Source of the DNA: Candidatus Hydrogenedentota bacterium
GTDB taxonomy: Bacteria; Hydrogenedentota; Hydrogenedentia; Hydrogenedentales; SLHB01
Assembly (NCBI GenBank): GCA_034408725.1
Contig: JAWXCN010000200.1
Span: 2,871 to 66,870 of the forward strand
Direction of reading: 5' to 3'
DNA length: 64,000 bases
The position numbers and the translations under genes are program-made. Shown here one piece after another: positions 36,001-42,847 of the stretch (position 1 is the first letter of the stretch; every line of letters begins with the position of its first letter). Below the pieces are notes generated by a model. That model did no database searches and was not told the origin of the DNA. It saw nothing but the letters and a program-made list of their open reading frames with translations.

Positions 36001-36169
36001 GGAGAAGGTGTACCGGCAGTTCGAGTTAATTGCGAAGACCGCGTCATTCCTCGGTGTTACGGGCAAACTGCAGGCACAATCCGGCGTGACGCACCTTGTC
36101 GCGGAGAAACTGTGGAAGCCCGAACTGGACAATGCGCCGTGCGAAACCCGGAGCCGGGATTTTCACTGA
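33062..36169 (+). CDS. dnaE2: Error-prone DNA polymerase III alpha-like DnaE2
   Basis: 1035 aa. N-terminal PHP domain (YIPLWCKSAYSFLEGASHPDELI), pol III alpha core (GRGSAANSVVCYCLGIT, IDLDIEHDRREEV, FKVDLLGLGAL) and an OB fold. The size and absence of a tau-binding tail fit DnaE2. Confidence 0.9.
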   Translation: MLDMKSTYIPLWCKSAYSFLEGASHPDELIEEAHRFGIRSIALTDRDGVYGLVRAHKRALELGVHLIAGSEITLFDDSSLVLLAADRGGYANLCRLISKGRLRSPKGMSQVSVEEVCEHAQGLVAVWGGERCALAREADPAFMAGALRDAFGERMYALLTRHRQTGDARMEQRVRERAQRHGIDLVAGMEVLYHTPARRSLQDVLTCIRHGVTLSTAGRMIRPNAEHALRPPHGFGMLYEDDPGAVMRTEEVAERCTFSLAEIRYRYPMERLPDGRTCGEWFRTLTMDGARERYAGDIPEDVRRQIDKELALIHDLEYEGYFLTMHEIVRYCRHHDILCQGRGSAANSVVCYCLGITAVDPVRMGLLFERFLSRERAEPPDIDLDIEHDRREEVIQHVYTKYGRTHAAMVANFIRYRARSAVRDVAKVLGIPETAIERIARVLSHHEFPSADMLADSGVPADSPALQNLLRLMREIEDIPRHLSIHPGGFLLGHEPVHDLVPIENATMPDRTVIQWDKEDVEELGLFKVDLLGLGALNVVHRSFDLIEKHCEKPFTLATVPAEDPATYEMIREGDTVGVFQIESRAQMAMLPRLRPANYYDLVIEVSIVRPGPITGGMVHPYLRRRNGEEEVTYPHPCLEPILKKTLGIPLFQEQVMQLAIVAADYTPGEADQLRRDMAAWRKSGRIERHRERLIARMAKKGIQKEFAERVFEQIRGFGEYGFPESHAASFALIAYATAWLKRHYPAAFLCGLLNAQPMGFYSAATLVEDSKRHGVGIRAVDMQRSAWDCTLEADAGSGEGFAVRMGLRYVKGLHEACAQRIAAAREAGAFQSLDDLAARARIETAVMVRLAESGALESFQEERRGALWEALGIAHGPRGGLSLDRPEAAAEFSALPALDTIEWDYAFTSHSPRGHPLAPLREELSRRKLPDAAAVRGMPNGSRVRYAGLVTCRQRPGTAKGVVFMTLEDETGFVNIVVWEKVYRQFELIAKTASFLGVTGKLQAQSGVTHLVAEKLWKPELDNAPCETRSRDFH

Positions 36170-36879
36170 GCGTTCGGGGTCTCGAGCCGGACCGGATCGC
36201 TTTTCCACACCACATACGAGTATACGATGGTGATGAGCGTTGCCGCGAGCAGGGACACGAGCATCGCGCCGATTGCAAGGGGTCCATTCGCAATCAAGGC
36301 GAGCAGAATAGTTAGCAGGCCTACGGCGAAAAACAGTTTGCCCGCAAGCCGGTGGGTCTTGTTCCAGGACAATTCGCTGGACAAGGTCCAGGGCGTGCGC
36401 ACGCCCATGAAAAAGTTGCTGCGGACCTTGCCCAGAAAATTTCCCAGCAGCAGAAACAAGAGGCCCACGCTCGTTGCTACGATCCGGTCCATCGGCAGCG
36501 GATACCCAAGGCTTACCAACACCGCCGAAGTATGGATGACTGCCATGACGAACAGAATACTCGCCGACACGGCCACCAAAAACTTTTGGGATTGTTCGAC
36601 GTGATGTCGCCGTGGGTCGATGCGGACGAGTAGCGCGATACCTGGGACAATCGCGGCGAGCAGGAGCGGCAAGAAGAAAAGGCCGAATGACTTCGAGCTG
36701 TAGTCATCGACTTCACCCCGTGCGTTCCAATGTGTTGGAATTTGGGCGTCAACCGGCAGTACCGACCATGCATACACCGAAATGAGCAACATCGGGACCA
36801 AAAAAACAGCCGTCATCAAGAGTATGGGCCTCAGACTAAGTCTGGGTGGTGCTGTCATTGCCGTTCTCCTTCGCATCAA
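36163..36879 (-). CDS. SdpI/YhfL-family (DUF1648 + SdpI) membrane protein
   Basis: IPTHWNARGEVDDYSSK (DUF1648-type) followed by multiple TM helices. Lies downstream of an SdpR-like ArsR regulator. Start uncertain (36879, 36858 or 36816). Confidence 0.7.
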   Translation of the reverse strand: MMRRRTAMTAPPRLSLRPILLMTAVFLVPMLLISVYAWSVLPVDAQIPTHWNARGEVDDYSSKSFGLFFLPLLLAAIVPGIALLVRIDPRRHHVEQSQKFLVAVSASILFVMAVIHTSAVLVSLGYPLPMDRIVATSVGLLFLLLGNFLGKVRSNFFMGVRTPWTLSSELSWNKTHRLAGKLFFAVGLLTILLALIANGPLAIGAMLVSLLAATLITIVYSYVVWKSDPVRLETPNAQ

Positions 36880-37132
36880 ACCCCATTGCGTTCATTAAGC
36901 CCAGAAGCGCCTCTTCCAGGACAGACACATTTAAACTGTAGGTTATCGACGTGCCGTTTTTATCGCCGTGAATCAGGTCTGCCTCGCGCAACACCGCGAA
37001 ATGTCGCGACAGGGTTGGCTTTGCCAGTTGGAAATGCTCGGCGATTTCGCCTGCGGTCATGTTGCGGGCGCGGAGCAGGTGCAGAATTTTTCTGCGACCC
37101 GGGTCTGCGAGGGCTTTGAAAACGAGATTCAT
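36836..37132 (-). CDS. ArsR/SdpR-family transcriptional regulator
   Basis: FKALADPGRRKILHLLRARNMTAGEIAEHFQLAKPTLSRHFAVLREADLI is a winged-HTH ArsR signature. Confidence 0.8.
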   Translation of the reverse strand: MNLVFKALADPGRRKILHLLRARNMTAGEIAEHFQLAKPTLSRHFAVLREADLIHGDKNGTSITYSLNVSVLEEALLGLMNAMGFDAKENGNDSTTQT

Positions 37133-37215
37133 GGCATTGCTTTGTTTCTTTATTTAGCTAACAAACTAATTATAATTGAAAAATTGCGGCGTGTCAAGAC
37201 GTTTATGGACGATGG

Positions 37216-37358
37216 CTAGTGTCCTGAGTTTGAGATTCGTTCGATATGAAGTTTGGAAATCAGACCGTACATCCCCCTAAATCCCCCTTCAAAGGGGGAC
37301 TTTGAAGATCCGATTATGTGGGTGATTTTTGCCGGGGAATTGCAATTCATGACATTAG
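37216..37358. mobile_element. MITE-like repeat, copy 2 (143 bp, no internal duplication)
   Basis: Direct-orientation copy of 32855-33036. Termini are CTAGTGT...ACATTAG. Confidence 0.6.
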
Positions 37359-37442
37359 TACGTCACGGGAAATGACTATGGACGGTGGCCCCGGCGAGAC
37401 GCCAAGAGAAGCGCCGCCAGCGAGGAGTGCTCCGGGCGTTGT

Positions 37443-37516
37443 CCAAAATCCGCGCGGAGCGCCCTGGAGTGCGGCAGCGGGTAGCTGCCGCTTTCCATTT
37501 CCTGGGCAAAGTCGCT
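37443..37516. repeat. REP-like element, 74-bp form (inverted partner at 38840-38913)
   Basis: ccaaaatccgcgcggagcgccctggagtgcggcagcgggtagctgccgctttccatttcctgggcaaagtcgct. Internal hairpin GCGGCAGC-GGGTA-GCTGCCGC. Two mismatches to the reverse complement of 38840-38913. Confidence 0.8.
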
Positions 37517-37595
37517 TCGCAATTAAAAGCGATCACCCCGGCTTCGATTCAAGTGAGCCTGAAGCCTACGAATTTATTTGGGCATTCGGCTATCC

Positions 37596-37633
37596 GAAGT
37601 GAAAGCGGCGATGACACGCCGCAGTCCAAGGCG
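37596..37633. repeat. REP-like element, 38-bp form
   Basis: gaagtgaaagcggcgatgacacgccgcagtccaaggcg. 34/38 identical to 45368-45405. Hairpin GCGGCG-N6-CGCCGC. Confidence 0.75.
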
Positions 37634-37660
37634 CTGTGCGCGAGTTAGGGCAGTTTGGGA

Positions 37661-38761
37661 TTATGCCCGGCGGCGGCGGATAACGGTGATGGCGATAGCC
37701 GCGACGGCGCCAGCGGCGGCGGCTACACCTGCGAGGGCGAATCCTCTGCTTCCGGGGATGCTGGTGGCAGCGGAACCGGACGCCACTGCACTGGATGGTT
37801 TCTGGCCGTGTGTACCGGCAGGTAACGAACCAACCAACATTGCATCTGCGCGGGCGAGTTCGGCCTGGCGTTCGGCGGTGTCGCGCGCGCGCAGCTCGCG
37901 GACACGGCTGCGGCTTTTGCGATCCGGATCGGCCTGCCGGTTTTTCTTCAGGGACGAAAGCGAAAAGTCTGTGGGGATGGCGGTGTCGGCAAGTTCAGAA
38001 TCAAAGCCACCGGTTTTCTCGATGGAACGCGCGAAACGCTGCACCAGATCGCCGTGCAATAGCATCAGTTCCTGGTGTTTCTCCATGTATTTTTTTAAGG
38101 CTTTCATGCGCGCCTGGGGCGTGTCATGTCCTTCGAGTACATTGGCGAGTGTGCTGGCGACCGCATTGGCCTCGTAGGCCGCGATACTTGCCTGCTGTGA
38201 CTCGGACAGGGGCGCGCCGGAGGGTACGTAGTTCAGGACTTGATCAAAGTGCTGCTGCGCCGCAATCGGGTCGCCTTGTTGTTCCGCAAGTTTTCCGAGC
38301 GCGTAGCGGCTTTGCACTACCATGGCGTCTTCGCCCGGGTAGTCGACGATGATGCTCTCATACATTCCGCGCGCGGCGCCGGGATCGAGTTCCGATGCGC
38401 GGTCGGCGGCATGATGCCGCACGGTCATCATATACGGATGTTCCGGGTCATAGGTTTCGATAATGCGCTGATACGTTTCGTACGCGGCCTGAAGATTGGG
38501 GGGTTCGCCCCGGTCGACAAAATCCGACTCGTAGAGCATCGCGATCTGTGTGTCCAACTGAATATTGTTTGGAAAACCGGGATGCGCATCGATCAGCGCG
38601 CGGTACCGGTCGATCAATACATCGCGTCCATACTCGCGAGCGAGGTCAGCGCCGTCGCGCTGCAACGCCTCGATTTGCGCGGCATACGCCTCATAGGGAG
38701 TTTCCTGCGCGGACACGCAGGCGCACGCAAAGACTGCGGCAATGATGATCGATGGTTTCAT
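37661..38761 (-). CDS. Secreted helical-repeat (TPR-like) protein with C-terminal hydrophobic anchor and basic tail
   Basis: The internal ATG at 38761 gives the signal MKPSIIIAAVFACACVSAQE. The upstream part of the longest ORF is REP DNA. The C-terminus is PGSRGFALAGVAAAAGAVAAIAITVIRRRRA. Confidence 0.5.
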   Translation of the reverse strand: MKPSIIIAAVFACACVSAQETPYEAYAAQIEALQRDGADLAREYGRDVLIDRYRALIDAHPGFPNNIQLDTQIAMLYESDFVDRGEPPNLQAAYETYQRIIETYDPEHPYMMTVRHHAADRASELDPGAARGMYESIIVDYPGEDAMVVQSRYALGKLAEQQGDPIAAQQHFDQVLNYVPSGAPLSESQQASIAAYEANAVASTLANVLEGHDTPQARMKALKKYMEKHQELMLLHGDLVQRFARSIEKTGGFDSELADTAIPTDFSLSSLKKNRQADPDRKSRSRVRELRARDTAERQAELARADAMLVGSLPAGTHGQKPSSAVASGSAATSIPGSRGFALAGVAAAAGAVAAIAITVIRRRRA

Positions 38762-38839
38762 AGTCCCTATTCTACCATTGACCGCCCCCGGCATTTCGCG
38801 GCGACCGTGACACGCCAGGCTCAACGTGCTCAATTGCCA

Positions 38840-38913
38840 AGCGACTTTACCCAGGAAATGGAAAGCGGCAGCTACCCGCTGCCGCACTCCAAGGCGCTCC
38901 GCGCGGATTTTGG
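38840..38913. repeat. REP-like element, 74-bp form (inverted partner of 37443-37516)
   Basis: agcgactttacccaggaaatggaaagcggcagctacccgctgccgcactccaaggcgctccgcgcggattttgg. Confidence 0.8.
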
Positions 38914-39003
38914 GCGCCACCTGGGATTTAGGCGCGTTGCCCTGGATGACACGCCGTGTCCATCTGCTCTAAAATTACGTGGATGCAAAGGGAGACAGCA
39001 CTT

Positions 39004-39636
39004 ATGAATGAAGAGATCGAGAACGCTGTCCGGAAACTGGGCGACACCAAGGCGGGATGGGTGACACGCCGGGACTCGGCGGAATACCTGGGGAAACTGG
39101 CGACCAAGGCCCTGGGCGCGCTGCACAGTTTTGGCGAGGAGATGGACGTCGACGTGCGCCGGGCGGTGGATGAATGGTTGGGGCGGTCGGCGGCGATAGT
39201 GAAAGACGTGAAGCCCGTCGCCGGAGCGCAGAAATACACGCTGGAAGAGCTTGTGAAGTCCGTTGCGAAAGACGGCTCGCGGGACGTTGAACGCGAAGGC
39301 GAAGATTTTATTGTGCAAGTTACATTGAAGGATGGGCGAACCCAATCGGTACACGTGCGCGAGTTCAAGCGGGAAGACGGGATGAAACTGGTCCAGGTCT
39401 ATTGTGTGTGCGGCAAGGCGGATGAAAGCGCGTATGCCTGGGCGTTGCGCGCGAACATGAAATTAATTCAGGGGGCCGTCGCGTTATCAAAACAGGGCGA
39501 CGATGAACGTTTTGTGTTGTCCACGTGTTTCCTGGCAACTGAAATTACGAAGATGGAGATCAAGGCCGCGATCAAGGAAACGGCATATTACGGGGATTGG
39601 ATTGAGCAGAAACTGTCGAAACACGACGAGTTCTGA
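39004..39636 (+). CDS. Hypothetical protein (HEAT-like N-terminus, YbjN/chaperone-like C-terminus?)
   Basis: Coding-looking 210-aa ORF from the ATG at 39004. Domain guesses are from weak resemblance only. Confidence 0.45.
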   Translation: MNEEIENAVRKLGDTKAGWVTRRDSAEYLGKLATKALGALHSFGEEMDVDVRRAVDEWLGRSAAIVKDVKPVAGAQKYTLEELVKSVAKDGSRDVEREGEDFIVQVTLKDGRTQSVHVREFKREDGMKLVQVYCVCGKADESAYAWALRANMKLIQGAVALSKQGDDERFVLSTCFLATEITKMEIKAAIKETAYYGDWIEQKLSKHDEF

Positions 39637-39644
39637 GGGTGAAT

Positions 39645-40154
39645 ATGACACGCGACGAAGCCCTGCATATCATTCAATCCGGGAAAGCGCCGGGCGTGGA
39701 CCTGCGCGGCCTGGACCTTTCCGGTTGCGATCTCGCCGGCGCGGACCTGCATGAAGCGAGGCTGTCGCAGGCGAACCTATCGGGAACGGATTTAAGCGGC
39801 GCAGACTTGCGCAACACGCTGCTGGACGAGACAAACCTTCAACGCGCGAATTTGACGAACAGCAACTGCGAGTTCGCGGTGTTTGGCGGGGCGGACGTAT
39901 CGGGCGCGAATTTTACGGGTGCGAATCTTCAGCGCGCGAATCTTGTTGGAACGAAAGGTCACGGCGCCCGATTCGACAACGCGAAGATGTTTCTTGCCCG
40001 CCCGGGGAATGCAGACCTGCGCGACGCGTCGTTTCGCGATGCGGACATCACACGGGCGATATTCCGTCGCGCGAATCTTGCCGGCGCGGATTTGCGCGGC
40101 GCGACGGGGCAGGCGAATTTTGAGAACGCGAACCTCGACGGAGCGCGGCAATGA
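39645..40154 (+). CDS. Pentapeptide repeat protein
   Basis: Continuous A(D/N)LXX repeats (ANLSGTDLSGADLRNTLLDETNLQRANLTNSNC...). GAGGG lies 5 nt upstream of the ATG at 39645. Confidence 0.85.
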   Translation: MTRDEALHIIQSGKAPGVDLRGLDLSGCDLAGADLHEARLSQANLSGTDLSGADLRNTLLDETNLQRANLTNSNCEFAVFGGADVSGANFTGANLQRANLVGTKGHGARFDNAKMFLARPGNADLRDASFRDADITRAIFRRANLAGADLRGATGQANFENANLDGARQ

Positions 40155-40711
40155 TCGTGAAACATTTCCTTCTGGACCTTATCGAGGTAAATGCGCACGT
40201 CGCCGCGTGCATGGAAACGCGGGAAGCGATGCTGATCGATGCAGGTACGTTCGATGACAGAATCGCCGCGTACCTGAGCGAGCACGGCTTGACGTTGAAG
40301 ACGGTGTTCATCACCCACGACCACTACGACCACGTGGACGGGCTTGCGGAATATGTGCGCCGTTACAAGCCTGAAGTCCTCGCGGGAACCGCGAAGATCG
40401 GCGGATGCGCCTCGCGCGTGGTAAAGGAAGGTGATACCGTGCGGGTCGGGAAGCACATTGGGCGCGTGCTCTCGACGCCGGGGCATACTCCCGTGGCCCT
40501 TTGTCTTGCGTTTCCCGGCCACGTGTTTACCGGCGACGCCTTGTTTGCGGGGTCGGTGGGCGGTACATCGACGCAGGAAAACTATGACCGCCAGATCGCG
40601 GAAGTGCGGACCCATATCCTCTCACTGCCACCGGAAACGGTAGTCCACTGCGGACACGGCCCGGCATCCACTATCGCGGTCGAAAGCCGGTATAACCCGT
40701 TTTTTGTGTAA
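40151..40711 (+). CDS. MBL-fold metallo-hydrolase (glyoxalase II-like)
   Basis: ITHDHYDHVDG metal-binding motif and TPGHTP. Start overlaps the pentapeptide-gene stop (ATGA). Confidence 0.8.
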   Translation: MIVKHFLLDLIEVNAHVAACMETREAMLIDAGTFDDRIAAYLSEHGLTLKTVFITHDHYDHVDGLAEYVRRYKPEVLAGTAKIGGCASRVVKEGDTVRVGKHIGRVLSTPGHTPVALCLAFPGHVFTGDALFAGSVGGTSTQENYDRQIAEVRTHILSLPPETVVHCGHGPASTIAVESRYNPFFV

Positions 40712-40849
40712 AGGTCGTCTCCCCCGCTTCAACCCCTCTGTTCAGGTTGCGCGTTGTTGTATCTGTATGCTAGACTTCCGGTTCTGTCTACGGGCGTGAT
40801 CTGCCCATTTTTGGGAGAAATGCGCCAGTGACAGTCACCGGATTGAGGA

Positions 40850-42193
40850 ATGTTTGACTCATTAAACAAAAAGTTGGAACGCGTCTTCAAGAACATTCGC
40901 GGTCAGGGAAAACTGACCGAGAAGAACATGCAGGACAGCCTCCAGGAAATCCGGGTGGCGCTGCTCGAAGCCGATGTTAACTATAAGGTAGTCAAGCAGT
41001 TCATAGCGGACGTGCAGGAGCGCGCGCTCGGTCTGGAAGTACTCGAAAGCATCCAGCCGGGGCAGTTAATCGTCAAGATTGTCCACGATGAGCTGGTGAA
41101 GATTATGGGCGGGGCGAATGCTCCGCTGAAGCTGGCGCAGACGCCGCCAACCGTGATTATGATGGTGGGGTTGCAGGGTCAGGGTAAAACGACCTCGTCC
41201 GGCAAGCTGGCGTTACATTTGAAGAAACAGGGGCGGCACCCGCTAATCGTTGGCGCGGACGTATACCGTCCCGCTGCCATCAAGCAGGCCGAAGTGGTGG
41301 CGCAACAGGCGGGCGCCGAGTTTTTCAGCCTTGGCGCGAATGCGGACCCCGTCGATATCTGCGTGATGGCGAAGGGCGAAGCGCAGATGCGCGGCTGCGA
41401 CATCATCATTCTGGACACGGCGGGCCGATTGCACGTGGACGGTGAGATGATGGCGGAAGTCCGGCGGATTCAGTCGCAAGTGCAGCCGCACGAGATTCTG
41501 TTTGTGGCCAATGCCATGACGGGTCAGGACGCGGTGAATTCCGCGAAACAGTTTAATGATAATTTGCCGCTGACGGGCGTGATATTGACGCAGCTTGATG
41601 GCGACGCGCGCGGCGGCGCGGCAATCAGTTTGATCAGCGTTACGGGTTGCCCAATCAAGTTTGTGGGCACCGGCGAAAGGCTCGATGCGCTTGAGCCGTT
41701 CCATCCGCAGCGGATGGCGGACCAGATTCTCGGCATGGGCGACATCGTTTCGCTGGTCGAGAAGGCGCAGCAGGTTGTCGATCAGGAACAGGCGATCAAG
41801 TTTCAGCAGAAGGCCAAGAAGGGCGAGCTGGACCTTGAGATGTTTTTGGAGCAGATGCAGCAGGTGAAGAAGATGGGCAGCATCGGCGATTTGGTGAAGA
41901 AGATTCCGGGCATGTCGAAGTTGTTGCCTGAGGGCGCGGAACTGCCTGAGGATGAATTGAGATATACGGAAGCGATCATCCGCTCGATGACGCGCAAAGA
42001 GCGGAAGAACCCGAAGATTATCAACGGCAGCCGGCGATTGCGGATCGCGGATGGCAGCGGCACTTCGGTCCAGGATATTAATCGTCTTCTCAAGGATTTC
42101 GAGAAGATGAAGAAGATGATGCAGCAGATGCTGAAGGGCGGAAAGCGCGGCGCGTTCGCGCGCGGTATGCGACCGCCTTCGATGTTTGGGTGA
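40850..42193 (+). CDS. ffh: Signal recognition particle protein Ffh
   Basis: N/G domain GLQGQGKTTSSGKLA, DTAGRL, LTQLDGDARGGAA, and a Met-rich M domain. Confidence 0.95.
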   Translation: MFDSLNKKLERVFKNIRGQGKLTEKNMQDSLQEIRVALLEADVNYKVVKQFIADVQERALGLEVLESIQPGQLIVKIVHDELVKIMGGANAPLKLAQTPPTVIMMVGLQGQGKTTSSGKLALHLKKQGRHPLIVGADVYRPAAIKQAEVVAQQAGAEFFSLGANADPVDICVMAKGEAQMRGCDIIILDTAGRLHVDGEMMAEVRRIQSQVQPHEILFVANAMTGQDAVNSAKQFNDNLPLTGVILTQLDGDARGGAAISLISVTGCPIKFVGTGERLDALEPFHPQRMADQILGMGDIVSLVEKAQQVVDQEQAIKFQQKAKKGELDLEMFLEQMQQVKKMGSIGDLVKKIPGMSKLLPEGAELPEDELRYTEAIIRSMTRKERKNPKIINGSRRLRIADGSGTSVQDINRLLKDFEKMKKMMQQMLKGGKRGAFARGMRPPSMFG

Positions 42194-42198
42194 AAAGA

Positions 42199-42287
42199 GG
42201 GTTTAGGGTTTAGGGTTTAGGGTCTAGCGAAAAGACGATTACGTGTTGTGATCGAACGAGACCCTAAACCCCAGACCCTAGACCCTA
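42199..42287. repeat. Inverted arrays of four GGGT(T/C)T(A/G/C) heptamers (G-quadruplex motif and long hairpin)
   Basis: Plus strand GGGTTTAGGGTTTAGGGTTTAGGGTCTA (42199-42226). Complementary C-rich array agaccctaaaccccagaccctagaccctat (42259-42287). GGGTTTAGGGTCT (42213-42225) is exactly complementary to 42259-42271. Confidence 0.85.
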
Positions 42288-42326
42288 TCGTGGAACCGAA
42301 AAACACAGAAACGATAGGAGATAGTA

Positions 42327-42590
42327 GTGGCAACAGTAATTCGATTGCAGCGCGGCGGGCGCACGCACGCGCCGTACTACCGGGTGGTGGTGATGGATTC
42401 GCGCAACCGCACGCGCGGAACGATTGTCGAGCAGATCGGCACGTATCACCCGTGCGCGCGCCCCGAGCCGACCACGGACATTGATGCCGAGAAGGCCATC
42501 GCGTGGTTGAAGAAAGGCGCTCAGCCGTCGGAGACAGTGCGTTCGGTGCTCACGAAAAAGGGCATCATCGCGCAGTCCAAGCAGGGCTAG
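42327..42590 (+). CDS. rpsP: 30S ribosomal protein S16
   Basis: VIRLQRGGRTHAPYYRVVVMDSRNRTRG. GTG start with AGGAG 6 nt upstream. Confidence 0.9.
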   Translation: MATVIRLQRGGRTHAPYYRVVVMDSRNRTRGTIVEQIGTYHPCARPEPTTDIDAEKAIAWLKKGAQPSETVRSVLTKKGIIAQSKQG

Positions 42591-42598
42591 GTTTCAGC

Positions 42599-42841
42599 AT
42601 GCAGCCGCAAATGAAAGAGTTGGTTGAGTTCGTCGCGAAGAAGCTCGTGGAGCATCCCGAGGATGTGAACGTCCGCGTGATAGAGAACGATGAAGGCCAG
42701 TTGATCGAGCTGCGCGTACACCCCGAGGACATGGGGAAGGTGATCGGCAAGAGCGGCAAGACGGCGCGGGCGATTCGCTCGCTGCTGATGTCCGCGTCCA
42801 CGAAGTCGACCACGCGCGCGGTACTGCAAATCGTCGAGTAA
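42599..42841 (+). CDS. KH-domain RNA-binding protein (YlqC/UPF0109)
   Basis: LVEHPEDVNVRVIE...VHPEDMGKVIGKSGKTARAIRSL. Conserved position between rpsP and rimM. Confidence 0.8.
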   Translation: MQPQMKELVEFVAKKLVEHPEDVNVRVIENDEGQLIELRVHPEDMGKVIGKSGKTARAIRSLLMSASTKSTTRAVLQIVE

Positions 42842-42847
42842 CGGCGC

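Noticed and set aside
37318-37648. ORFs 37318-37602 and 37385-37648, and the N-terminal 53 codons of ORF 37661-38920
   Set aside because: They are translations of REP-like and MITE-like repeat DNA, with shared peptide strings arising from the repeats. The downstream gene has a proper signal peptide from the ATG at 38761.
42199-42287. CRISPR array interpretation of the short repeats here and at 47875 and 49164
   Set aside because: The units are 7-9 nt and strictly tandem with no spacers. There are no cas genes in the window.
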